NCBI GenBank assembly: GCA_025201805.1
Contig: MU619240.1
Location: forward strand, 367,295 to 431,294
DNA from: Parasitella parasitica NRRL 2501
Lineage: Eukaryota; Fungi; Mucoromycota
Length of the DNA stretch: 64,000 bases
Reading direction: 5' to 3'
Positions 39,102 to 50,838 of the stretch are shown one piece after another. Under the pieces are notes generated by a model, which was not told where the DNA came from, searched no databases, and saw nothing but the letters and a program-made list of their open reading frames with translations. Each line of letters opens with the position of its first letter. Positions within the stretch are counted from its first letter, which is position 1. A program made the translations under genes and the position numbers.

Positions 39102-40110
39102 NNNNNNNNNNNNNNNNNNNNNNNNNNNNNNNNNNNNNNNNNNNNNNNNNNNNNNNNNNNNNNNNNNNNNNNNNNNNNNNNNNNNNNNNNNNNNNNNNNN
39201 NNNNNNNNNNNNNNNNNNNNNNNNNNNNNNNNNNNNNNNNNNNNNNNNNNNNNNNNNNNNNNNNNNNNNNNNNNNNNNNNNNNNNNNNNNNNNNNNNNNN
39301 NNNNNNNNNNNNNNNNNNNNNNNNNNNNNNNNNNNNNNNNNNNNNNNNNNNNNNNNNNNNNNNNNNNNNNNNNNNNNNNNNNNNNNNNNNNNNNNNNNNN
39401 NNNNNNNNNNNNNNNNNNNNNNNNNNNNNNNNNNNNNNNNNNNNNNNNNNNNNNNNNNNNNNNNNNNNNNNNNNNNNNNNNNNNNNNNNNNNNNNNNNNN
39501 NNNNNNNNNNNNNNNNNNNNNNNNNNNNNNNNNNNNNNNNNNNNNNNNNNNNNNNNNNNNNNNNNNNNNNNNNNNNNNNNNNNNNNNNNNNNNNNNNNNN
39601 NNNNNNNNNNNNNNNNNNNNNNNNNNNNNNNNNNNNNNNNNNNNNNNNNNNNNNNNNNNNNNNNNNNNNNNNNNNNNNNNNNNNNNNNNNNNNNNNNNNN
39701 NNNNNNNNNNNNNNNNNNNNNNNNNNNNNNNNNNNNNNNNNNNNNNNNNNNNNNNNNNNNNNNNNNNNNNNNNNNNNNNNNNNNNNNNNNNNNNNNNNNN
39801 NNNNNNNNNNNNNNNNNNNNNNNNNNNNNNNNNNNNNNNNNNNNNNNNNNNNNNNNNNNNNNNNNNNNNNNAAAAAAAAAGCTGTAAAATAAGCATTCTC
39901 ACTCGCAATTTTACAAGTAGTATAAATACAAGCTCTCTTAAAGAGCATGTATCTTTTCTTCAGTTTTCTTTTAATCGAAAATAAAGGTGGAAAGACTATA
40001 ATTGTATTTTCTGGCTTTATTTTTTTACTCTTTTTTTATTTTCACATAAAATTGATTGCATTTTTTACAATTACATCAATTATCTTTTATTACCTTCCTT
40101 TTATTATTCA

Positions 40111-41360
40111 ATGTCAATTCAGTCATCTTCTTCCTCTGCTCCTGGTAGTCCTTTGTCCAGTCCAACGGGCACTATGCATCAACAGGTATCTGAGGAACCG
40201 GACATCTCTCGAATCTGCCTTGGTGGAAGGGGCGATGAGGATGGCGCTGTAGAGATGTCTCAAGCAGAGACTTCTTCTCCTGCAAATCCAAATGTAATCA
40301 CAAATGCTCCTGTGAACAACTTACCCAGTATACCTATCAAGTTTTCTCTTGTATTATCGTCAAGTGATACATCCCGTAACCCAGTTGATGTCGCTAAGAA
40401 ACTGGTTACTAAGCGGGATTATTACCTTTCGTTGTTGAATGACACGATTGTTGAAATTGCGGATGATGATGCTAATGGACAACAACAGCATATGGTGGAA
40501 ATTCGCAGCATAGTTGAGGAACTGAATCGTACTATCTCAACTATCAAGCACTCGGTAAAGCTATCTGGTGAGAGGGTGGCTGCGTCTATAAATGACATTA
40601 CCTAAGGGGAAAAAGGAATATTCCGTCCAGTGCAACAAAATCCACATTTTGTGTATATTGTGGAAAGCGCTGGATGGCCGGTCACTCGTGTTCAGAGTAC
40701 TATGCTGCCAAGAAGGCAAATGGAGGCTAAAAGCCATTAATGCATGTCCTCAGCATTAAGAAAGCCAAGCATAATAAGAAAAAAAGGCACCACCACTACC
40801 ACTCCAAGAAAGACAACAATGTCAGAAAGGACAATAATATTAGAAAAGACAGTAGTGAACATGATGAAGAAACCAATTGGTTGCGTCAAGTTTACGAAAA
40901 TCAAAATGATTGTAAGTCTGAAAACAAAGATCATTCATTCAATATTTAATAACACCTCTACTTATCAATGATATTAGGGTAATCGGAAAGGTTGATCCTG
41001 GTAGTGATATTAGTATTATCAATAAGTCTGTGTTGAATAAAGATTTTTCAAACATAAAAAATTTTAAGTCTATGGGTGGCCACCTTATGTTTCTTGCCAA
41101 TGATAAAAATGGCCAACCAAATAGCAAATTAAACGCATTGGTAAAACTGAACCCATGACAGTTACATATATGAATGGTATAAAATTTGAACATGCATTTG
41201 AAATCATCGAATTCAATGACACAATGGCATAGGAATTTGATATACTCTTGGGAGTTGACATCCTGCCTAAGCTTCGTATTTATTTATCTGGTGTCGCTCA
41301 TTGCTGGGCTTATAATCGAGATAAAGAAAAGGAGCAATTCAAAAATATCAACTACGATGA
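40111..41360 (+). pseudogene. Ty3/gypsy-like gag-protease relic
   Basis: Low-complexity gag-like ORF 40111-40605; zinc knuckle CVYCGKRWMAGHSC near 40650; aspartic-protease-like GKVDPGSDISII near 40985; stops and frameshifts throughout. Confidence 0.65.
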
Positions 41361-41364
41361 TGAC

Positions 41365-41805
41365 TGTCATGAACCTGTCGAGCCTTTAAGCCCAAACAAT
41401 TATACATCTTGACCTAAAAATATATATCACCTCGTTCTTCCCTAATTGATCCACATTGCATTCTTGCCTTACTCATCCACATTATACTATTGACTTATTG
41501 ATCCACGATATCCTATTTACCTAATTGATTCACGTTATAGTAAATAGTCTAGTTCACATTTCAGTGAACTAGACAGCTCGCAAAAAAGTATAAATAGAAG
41601 AGGCCATTTTGACCAGCAAAGAAGAGTTTTCTTCGTCAGATCTCCTCATCAAATTCCCTTATTAAATATCCCTAGCAATCTTCTTATCTTTCTCCACCTT
41701 TCTCTTATTAAATCATAGCCTCCTTATTTGAAATAAACTTCTGCATATCTTCTCTTAGTAATCTGTCCCTGATTATATAATAATAAGGCCGTAGATCCCT
41801 GATAA
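41365..41805 (+). mobile_element. Possible further LTR-like element
   Basis: Begins TGTCATGAACC; contains internal gatccac repeats, TATAAATAG and AATAAA; no TSD found. Confidence 0.4.
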
Positions 41806-41811
41806 AGGTAC

Positions 41812-42020
41812 TGTCAGATCAAAGATCAATAGCCTTGTAGTATAATAATACATCGTACCCTGTTAAGGATATAATGTTGCTTGCAAATCATTCTTATCGA
41901 TTAGTATCGACTAGTATTTGAAATAAGTCACCAAAAATTATGTTGTTGTAAAAAGTATAAATAGCAGAAGCAAAGTTGAATCTTTAATAAAGTAATCTCA
42001 AGTTTTCGTATCTCGTTAAT
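41812..42020 (+). mobile_element. Short LTR-like repeat family B, copy 3
   Basis: tgtcagatcaaaga...catcgtaccctg...tataaatagcag...aataaa...aagttttcgtatctcgtta. Confidence 0.7.
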
Positions 42021-42599
42021 TCAACGTTTTATATTATACTTTTCTTATTTCGATCTTGCAGATCTCAACAAACCGGAATCTAACTTGGAAAACTTAGCGT
42101 TGACTAACCTCTATCTGGAAACAACATTGGTATCCATGTTTTTATCGATATTTATAAAGTTATCAGATGATATTACAAATTTACATATCAGAATTGCATA
42201 TAATAATCGATGATAGGCTTCGACAAAGAGCAAATCAAAGCCTGTCTTATGCGCCCTCAAATCAGGCATGATCATCGCTATCTGAGCATAACTTGGTTTC
42301 CCTTGGGCGACCTTTCTATCACAAGTTATCCACAAAAACAGTTTTATTTTTCAATATTTACCATGAATATCAGATATTTGCTCATGACTTCAGCTAAAAT
42401 GACCGTAGGACCGTAATTTAGCTGGGAAAGCATTGTGAAAGATTATTTCTCACTACGTGATAAAAGAATTTCTATTGATTGATAAGTTAAAAAAAATGTT
42501 TACGATACGAATGATAAACATTGGGAAAAGGAAGAAGTATGTAATAGCTAAATTAATAATAATGGAATTTACATTTGCTTTTAACTGCAAATTCGTACT

Positions 42600-42830
42600 A
42601 TGAAAGTTGAAAATTGATCCGAGATACGCGAAACTTGGATATGTTGTAGTATTATGTAAAAGTTGGCTGAGGTTTGTGTCTCAATTGACTAATACTTTGC
42701 AAATTATTCCTTCAATTATGATAAAAGAGGTTAATGATAGCCAGGATTCATTATTCTTACCAAAACAAAATTACTTTTGAGGTCATATTTTACAGCATCT
42801 TAGTCATTGATTAATATCAAGACATTTCCA
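42600..42830. repeat. Repeat family D, diverged partial copy 3
   Basis: aaagttgaaaa...atgttgtag...ggtttgtgtctc...gtcatattttacagcatc. Confidence 0.65.
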
Positions 42831-43330
42831 AGATATATATTAACTTAATCTATTTCTTTTTCGATTGAAAACTGTAAGCGATTGGTTTGAAACAATCTAT
42901 TGCTGCAAATCTTAGTTGTTACATAATTCAAGAATTCAATAGATATACCACATATCCGTATTAAGTGTACATATATTCTAATAATTACTCGAGTCAAAGT
43001 ACTTTAATGGTGGTCGAGAAATTACCTGATTAGGTTTTTGTAGCATGCCAAAACAAGTTTAACTAGAGGCTTAAATATAATTTGGTTTAAATACTTAATT
43101 CGAATACATAATTTAACAATAATTTTCAAGATTTTATATGTATAGATACAACCTTTATCGTTTCCTAGCTTGTCTATACCTTATTTTGAGGATAGACGTT
43201 ATGTCGCTGCATTTTAAGCCAAACGGATAGAAACTTGGTCCACAATTAGAAATGACAGTCAATTTCAACATGCTGACAAGCAATTGGTGTCCTTCATGTC
43301 TTTTTCTTCAAGTATTAAATCCACATAAAT

Positions 43331-44183
43331 ATGGCATCTTTGGTGACAAGTAAGAAAGTATTAACACTGATCCTCGTCATTGATAGAGAAGGAAAGAAGG
43401 TTTGTCAGATCCCCGTGACAATAGCAGATGAATGATCATGAACGACTTACATATATATGGATATCATAAGGTTTTGTTGGGCATGAAGAAGCGAGGCTTT
43501 GGGGCAGGAAAATTCAATGGTAAAATGTGGAAATCAGTTCAAGAACGCTCTTTTGCAACTAAAACAGATGAGCAATACAGGGTTTGGCGGAAAAGTTGAA
43601 AAAGGAGAAACCATCGATCAAGGAGCCCGTCGTGAACTGCTAGTATGTTAGGCTTGAAAAGAAAAAAGAAAAAGAGAAAAGGCCTTCATATTCATTTCAA
43701 AACACAGGAAGAGGCAGAAATTGAAGCCATTGATCTAGTGCAAGTGGGGATGCTTATGTTCACATTTGAGAAGGATAATGTTGGTCTAGAAACACACATT
43801 TTTGTCGCCACAACGTACAAAGGCAGCCCCGAAGAGTAAGCATATACACAAAAATTTGACAGCATATAATCGACTCACACGGGTAATAATAGGACTGAAG
43901 AAATGCGGCCCGAGTGGTATACATTTGATCAAATTCCTTTTGATCAGATGTGGTCAGATGATAAACATTGGTTCCCTTTTGTCTTGAAAAACCAGTATTT
44001 CACTGGACACTTTCATTTTGGAGAGGTAAACAGAGCGTAAAAAATAGAAGTTTAGAACGAACCCCTTGATTTTTTATTTTTTTTCCATAGGATCAAAAGA
44101 CGATTCTTCGACATGATTTGAAGGTGACTCAAGACAATGATACTTTTGAGCAAGGATATGATCTTGGCAAGCTAACCTTGTAA
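43331..44183 (+). CDS. NUDIX hydrolase, 8-oxo-dGTPase (MTH1/NUDT1-like), multi-exon; absent from the ORF track
   Basis: Spliced KKVLTLILV...[42 protein letters not shown]...EEMRPEWY...IPFDQMWSDDKHWFP. Confidence 0.9.
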
Positions 44184-44329
44184 ATAAAGACTTGATAGAA
44201 GAACCAAAAATCCTTGTAATGGCGATTTTTCTATTTTGTTCCAAGTATTTATTTTTCTGCATTTGGTCGCTATTGGTTTCCTTTTTCTTTCGTTCTTTTT
44301 TTCTTTTTTTGTAATCAATCATAAATAGT

Positions 44330-47300
44330 ATGTCTGAAGCAGAGGCAAACTCCCAAAAAGACCCTCAGCTAGGCGAAAATTCAAACAAGCTGCAAGACGC
44401 GTTCACGACAGCAACAGCAGCAGTTCCATTGCCTACCTTTTCCTTGCCTCCGAATTTAGACGACAAGCTGGCGAGCAACAAGCAGAAACAAGCCAGCGTA
44501 GCAACCAGCAGACCAAGATTGTCTAATTTACGATCTACCTGGCTTTCGCAACAGAGCTTTGAAGAGGATGCCTTTGCAGACGATAAAATTATTGACATCG
44601 ACCTGCCGTCTATATTTGACGCAGGCCTGAAGACTACTACGTCAGTATTACGAGAAATATCAATGCTTGCCGTAGTTGCAACGCTGCTATGCTCAGCAAG
44701 TGTAGTTTATTTGGCGCTGAAGCCAGATGCCAGCTTACTCTTCTCACCGTTACTAGGCGGCTGGGTATTGCTGCTGGTTTGGTTTGTGCTGGGCAGAAGC
44801 CGACCCGAAAATTTTGTATCTTTTCTTGTCTACTTTCGGTATTGTGCAATAGTTATGCTGGTCGTAACTGGATGGTCACACAACGAAACAGCATTACCAT
44901 TGTCATTATCTTGTCTTCTCTTCTATGTTGCAGAACGTCTTTCAGCTGCTTATGAACAACTACATAACGAGATATTGCAGCAGAAAACCAACCAACAAAT
45001 GGAAGCACAACAAGCCATCAACCGTGCATTAGACGAATATACCGATAGAAGGACGCTGTTCCTGACAACTGTATCCCAAGAGCTTAGAGATGCGGCATTG
45101 ATGGTGATGGCTACCTTGGAGCAGTTTTCTCCATCGTCAATTCTTTGCAACACACACGAATTGCTAAGCGCCTGCTCGATCGCCGTACCGATTGCTAGCA
45201 TATCAGCTATGAATACAACCATCAAACAGGCCTGTCACATCAGTTCTCATTTAAATCTAATAGCTCGCATGCTGAGAGAAGCTAATTCAGCTAATGTTTT
45301 ACCCGAACAAGATAGAGTGAAGTCTAATGTGAGTCAGGAGTTTGACGTGGGCGAACTAATGCAAAACGTAGGCGATGCTTTGGCTGGCATGTCTGCTAAA
45401 TTAGGTGTTCATTTTGTCATCTATCACACTGACAATGGCTTTTTTTATCCCAACGTTGTTGGCGACGAAGACGCTGTCAAACATGCTTTGATCAATGTAT
45501 GTGCATCATCTGATTGCGGCCATGCTCTACTAACAACCGCTTTCCATCTAGCTATTGCGAAACATGTTGGAGGGGTGTACACCGGGTGCCTGCATCGAAT
45601 TAGGTCTCTACGTTGTATCCATCCCTGACACACCCAAAGTCAAGTTGACTTTTGATATTGCACACATAGCCTCGCCCGCTATTCCAGCTGGTCTGTCTGG
45701 AGCGTTGCTGCCAAATGCTAGTTTCACAGCTCAATTGATTGATTATATTGATGGGACGATGGAGCTCAAAGATCTTGGTAAGAACAAAACTCAAGTGGAA
45801 GTTTCATTGGAATTGCACCGTGGATCAAGCCGCGATCAAAGGCTGCTCTTGATTGAAAAGCCATCTCAAATATTAGAAAAACAATTGTCCAATATCCGCT
45901 TTTCCAATGAACCCACGTTGGAAGATCTGTCAGTGTTTATCAATAATATTAAAGGTGTCAAGATTGTTTTGCATGCTCCCGAGAGAAGCATATTTGCAAA
46001 GCATTTGACGAGCTGTTTGACCAGTTGGAACACAGACATCAGCCACTTACCAGTGCTAATGGCGTTCAACACGGATGAAGAGGATCCCCTCCAGCAGAGT
46101 GATACAGTTGTGGGATCGGATTCAGAAGCATCCTCTGTCGGCTCTCAACAACCATTGCGAACACCTCTAGACAATATCCAGGCTAGTCTTTCATCTGCTT
46201 CTAATCGATCCCTCGGCAGTGACATCTCTAAAAAGGTTCCTTCGCCTGCCATTGAAGAAGATCACATCCATTCCATTCCTCCTACATTTATTTTGATCGA
46301 CGACGATATTATGACTTTAGAGAAAAAGCTACGTGAGCTTCGTGACAAGCCCATTGTGCCGAGCACTGAGAAGCACCATCACCCGCCACAGCCTCGTCGA
46401 CATCGCAGGTCCAAATCTCGTCAAGGCGGAACCACAGAAAGCCTGGGTATCTATGGCACAGTCGCTATTATTTTCTTCACTTCGCTTGGCAATTACAAAC
46501 GTGTTCGGGATACAATACATTGGTTTTCAAGCCTCAGCCAGGCCCCAATTTTGCCTCGTGTCATTGTTGTTCCTAAACCAGCTGGCCCTCGACGGTTTCT
46601 CACTGCATTACATACAGCATGGAACAATGCTATTGTAGAGCCGCAATTCATTCCTATTGCAACGTCCCCGTTGAGTCCCTTTGTTCCTAGCGCTGGCTTG
46701 CATAATCAACATCGCCATTTCTCGCCTGCTGACCCTGGAAGCAATTCTACCACTGGTGCTAGCAATGTAATAACACCCGGAGTAGGAATGCAACCTCCAC
46801 TGATGACACCACATGATTTGAATCGCTTTTCGCCTGGAAGAAGAACAGCTACTCGAGGATTGCATTCGCCAAGCAATTTACAAATGGAATCTGAAAAAGG
46901 CAATTACTTTTTTGATCATTCCCGTCCATCTGCTACACATGCGTCTCCAAAGTTGAACACCTCGCCTCTTTTAACGGCTGCAACTAGCAATACTATCTCC
47001 AGTCCTGTTGCCATGCCAACCGGTAATGGTGGCGTACCATTGCCTACGCCTGGCAGTGTCGCCGGGAACAGCAACGTAAATGGCGGCAGCAGTGTGAGCA
47101 GCAACGGTTCTGCAAGTAGCAACGCTACACCAACTGAAATTAAACGAAGATTAAGGTCTCATAGTAGTACATTTATGGCGCCTACCGGAAGGCGCACGTT
47201 GGTCGATCTGTCTTTATCTCCTACTTCAACACCTCATGGCATCGGTGGTAACACAACTGCATCTCCTGTAACGGAAGCAACTGAGCAAGAAGAGCAAGAT

Positions 47301-49023
47301 GCCGTTGCATCAGCAGCGGAAGAATCATCAGCATCAGCGATGGATATTGCGTCACCATCAATTATACTCAAGAGTGTACAAGATGCCACGGACGATAGCA
47401 GTGACCAAGAATCAGCCCATAGGTGGACCTTGCCTTCAGAATCAAATATAGACAACAGTGCGTCCATGGGAAGTCCATTAAAGGCAAACATATTACCACC
47501 ACCTCCTGCTATACCAAAATTGTCGCCAATTGCAGCAGCATCAGCGGATGAATCAATAACACCATTAGGATTCTCATCCTCATCATCCTTGGCAGCAGCT
47601 CCTGCAGTACCCAACGCTAATGCAACCACAGCTACAACTGCAGGCCCGATACCGCAGACTACAACACCACTACCACCGTCGTCTATTAAACCTAAATCTA
47701 AATTTAGCCTCAAAATCAGTAACCGAAAACGCAAGGAAAAAACCAACTCACCTGGCAAACAGAGCCCTCCTATTACCGTTTTGATCGTTGAAGGTAACGT
47801 AGCACATTCTTATTGTATGAATAGTGCTGATAGTAACCTTTTTTTTATATATTTACTCCTTATTTTTCAAAAAAGACAATATGATCAATCAAGCCATCTT
47901 GTCAACCTGGATGAAAAAACACAGCATCAACTTTTCTGTTGCTTCGGATGGAAAGGAGGCAGTTGAGAAATGGAAAGGAGGAGGATTCCATCTCATCTTG
48001 GTAAGTATGTTATCTTGCTCTGGATGTATATATTAACAAGATTCTCAGATGGATATCCAATTGCCTGTCATGGATGGTATAGCAGCTACCAAGATGATTC
48101 GAAGCATTGAAAAGGAGAGAAAGATTGGCGTGTTACCTTCCAATTCTTTGTTTTCAGTAGACGAAGAGCAAGAGCGAAATATGACTAATATCACAATCGT
48201 GGAAGAAGAACCACATAAGAAAAAGGAGGAGATCAAGAAGGAATCGCCTACACCATCCGCTTCTTCTTCAGGCAACGAGACCCCAGGCGTGTCTTTATTC
48301 CAATCGCCTGTTATTATTGTTGCACTTACGGCTTCCTCGTTGGAATCAGATCGACAGGCGGCATTGGCGGCTGGGTGTAACGATTTTTTAACAAAGCCCG
48401 TAAGTCTCGAATGGTTAGAAAAGAAGATTATGGAATGGGGATGTATGCAAGCTTTAATTGATTTCGAGGGGTGGCGAAAATGGAAACGCTCTGCAGATAG
48501 TAGCAAGAGCGCCCGAGCTAGCACAGAAGCATCCAAAGCAGCGGAATCAGTGGCTGCCGCAATAACAGCAGCAAAGGCTCCAGCCATGACAAAGGAAGCT
48601 GGCGAAGCGGTTGCCCATGAAAAGAAAATGCTGGCACTGCGCACAAAGGAGATGCTCAAAGACGACTCCAAGGCTATCATATTGGTTGGGATTCACAAAC
48701 GAAGAATGTCTACGCTGGCCAGCAGCAGCAGTAACAGTATTTTTGACGATCGATCGATGATTATCTCTAGGGCGGATAGCAGCAGCAGAAGTAGCACACC
48801 ACCATTGCAACAACAACTGCCAATGTCTGCCTCACCTACACGAACAACATTTCATCATAGCGGCTATCATCGATTACGCAAAAGAGCCTCTGATCCTGAT
48901 CTGTACACGCATGAGCTGTCGATCCCAAAACAAGTCGAAGCGCGTGAACAGAAGCGTCTTTTAGAGCTGCAACAGTGGGAAAATGATCACCAAGATGATT
49001 CTAGTGGTAGTTGTTCTGAATAA
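44330..49023 (+). CDS. Ssk1/Mcs4-like response regulator with N-terminal transmembrane segments and a degenerate HisKA/HATPase region
   Basis: Receiver VLIVE|DNMINQAIL...LILMDIQLPVMDG...IIVALTAS...GCNDFLTKPVSLEWLEKKIMEWGCMQALIDF; DVGELMQNVGDALAG, KHLTSCLTSW and PKPAGPRRFLTAL; introns near 45497-45550, 47794-47875 and 48001-48048. Confidence 0.88.
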
Positions 49024-49443
49024 ACGATAGTCCAAATGCCACATGTAAAAGATTTTGTAATGATTCATGCAAGGGAGACATAGGATCTGTCTTGTTTAAG
49101 TTTAGGAGCTGCTACATTGTGTAAAAGGGGATCTCTTCATTTTTTTCACACATCGTCATTACTCACCCGTGATTCAGTGGATGAGTATATTAAAGTTTTC
49201 TCCTTGAATTTTTATATGAATCTTCTATGAAGTGTAACCTGTATCAAAGCGCACATAATAATACCACGAAAAATGCCTCCTTTAATTCCATGATGCCTCA
49301 ACTTTATTGTTTTATATTTAACAATGAAAAAAACAGGGGCGAGATCTTATTGCCTTCCATCCATTATAAATACCTTTCATTTTTTTCCCCTCTCTCTTCT
49401 CTTCTTTTCTTATATATTTTTCTCTCTTGTATCTCGTTCAATT

Positions 49444-50838
49444 ATGTTCAAGCTAGCGAATAACACAAACAACAACGTCAAGACATATACACAACAAAGG
49501 GCTGTATTGAAGCCAATGAAAAATATGGCCATATACGAAGAAGAAGAGCTGGAGGATGATGACACTGGATTGGCTGAGGAGACATTCATGGATGACAGCA
49601 GCAGTTGCTATAGCGGGTCTATGGCCGCAACACGTAGCTCAAGAAATGACACCATGTTACTGGCCCAATTCCTTTCGACGACCGGTCCCGAGGAATATGA
49701 AAAGCAAAATTTTGACACGAAAAAGCAGCAGCAGTTCAAGAGAGCATCTCGATTACTGAGTCGACTACGCAAAAGGCCTACTATGCCAGTGTTGAGATCT
49801 GCGGCTGTCACTACTACTAACATCAACACCAACACCCAAACAGAGAAAAAATTGAACTATATCCCTCTGCCAGTGTACGACCATAAAAGTGCTGATGGAT
49901 CTTCATCTCATCCAATGCAGCAAAAAAAGGAATCGGCTAAAAAGATGAATTCAACTGCTACTGCTACTACAACTACTCCTAATCCTACTACTACTACTAC
50001 TTCTACTATTACTACTTCTGCCCCTTCGACGACTATCAGCAGTGGCAGTAACATTTCAAACCACATCAACAGGACAAAGCGACAATCGCAGCGAGATTCT
50101 GGCGTCTACAGCGAGACTAATTCTGAAAGGGACTCATCGGTAATCTCTACCTCAACCGCATGCACTTCTGTCCCCCCTCTGCCCTTCACAACCGTCATGA
50201 GTGAGTTGCAGTTCCCCCATCCGCCCTATGCAGTGAAATCAACGTCTTCAATAGCCAAAGCTCCCCAGCAGCATCAGGAAAACAATCCTCGTCGTCCTGC
50301 GCCTTTGCCTCCTGCAGTAGCGTCTGCTGCAATTGCGACTGCAACGTCCGTGTGTTCTTCGGATGGTAGTACAAGTGCCCATATCCGTTCTGTGCCTGAA
50401 GCTGCATTGAAAAGAAGATCGGTTAGGCTTCGACATGTCCAGGTACAGACTAATGGTGATGGGCTCCCAATGCGACTGCCGCCCGTCCCCAATACGCCTT
50501 TAACAAGTAGCCAGGCATGTCCACATTGCCGTCAGTCAATTACGCCGACAAGCAACCATTTTAGACGTCCTTCGTGTCCGCCTGCTTTGTCCTCCGGCCC
50601 TGTCCTTGCTGCTGTTGCTGCTGCTTCAAAAGAAACAGATGATTCCAAGGTATTACTTGAAATGATCATGAGCCTCAAGTCGCAGCTTGAAGAAGAGAAA
50701 CAATGCCGCCTCAAATTGGAAAAAGCCATTCATCAGCGTCAATCAGACGACAGAAATGAGCAGCTAGCCAGGGAGAAGGAAAGATGGGCTGGGGCTTGTC
50801 TTTGGTTAAACGATCGCATCGCTTTGTTACCAGAGTAA
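49444..50838 (+). CDS. Hypothetical S/T-rich protein with C-terminal coiled coil
   Basis: Long single ORF; LAQFLSTTGPE motif, CPHC, and heptad-like LKSQLEEEKQCRLKLEK. Confidence 0.75.
   Translation: MFKLANNTNNNVKTYTQQRAVLKPMKNMAIYEEEELEDDDTGLAEETFMDDSSSCYSGSMAATRSSRNDTMLLAQFLSTTGPEEYEKQNFDTKKQQQFKRASRLLSRLRKRPTMPVLRSAAVTTTNINTNTQTEKKLNYIPLPVYDHKSADGSSSHPMQQKKESAKKMNSTATATTTTPNPTTTTTSTITTSAPSTTISSGSNISNHINRTKRQSQRDSGVYSETNSERDSSVISTSTACTSVPPLPFTTVMSELQFPHPPYAVKSTSSIAKAPQQHQENNPRRPAPLPPAVASAAIATATSVCSSDGSTSAHIRSVPEAALKRRSVRLRHVQVQTNGDGLPMRLPPVPNTPLTSSQACPHCRQSITPTSNHFRRPSCPPALSSGPVLAAVAAASKETDDSKVLLEMIMSLKSQLEEEKQCRLKLEKAIHQRQSDDRNEQLAREKERWAGACLWLNDRIALLPE

Noticed and set aside
38962-39984. 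Long ORFs spanning gap 2
   Set aside because: Artefacts of N runs plus LTR sequence.
47234-48816. Antisense ORFs over the Ssk1-like gene (and similar ones over other genes)
   Set aside because: Shadow frames of low-complexity coding sequence.
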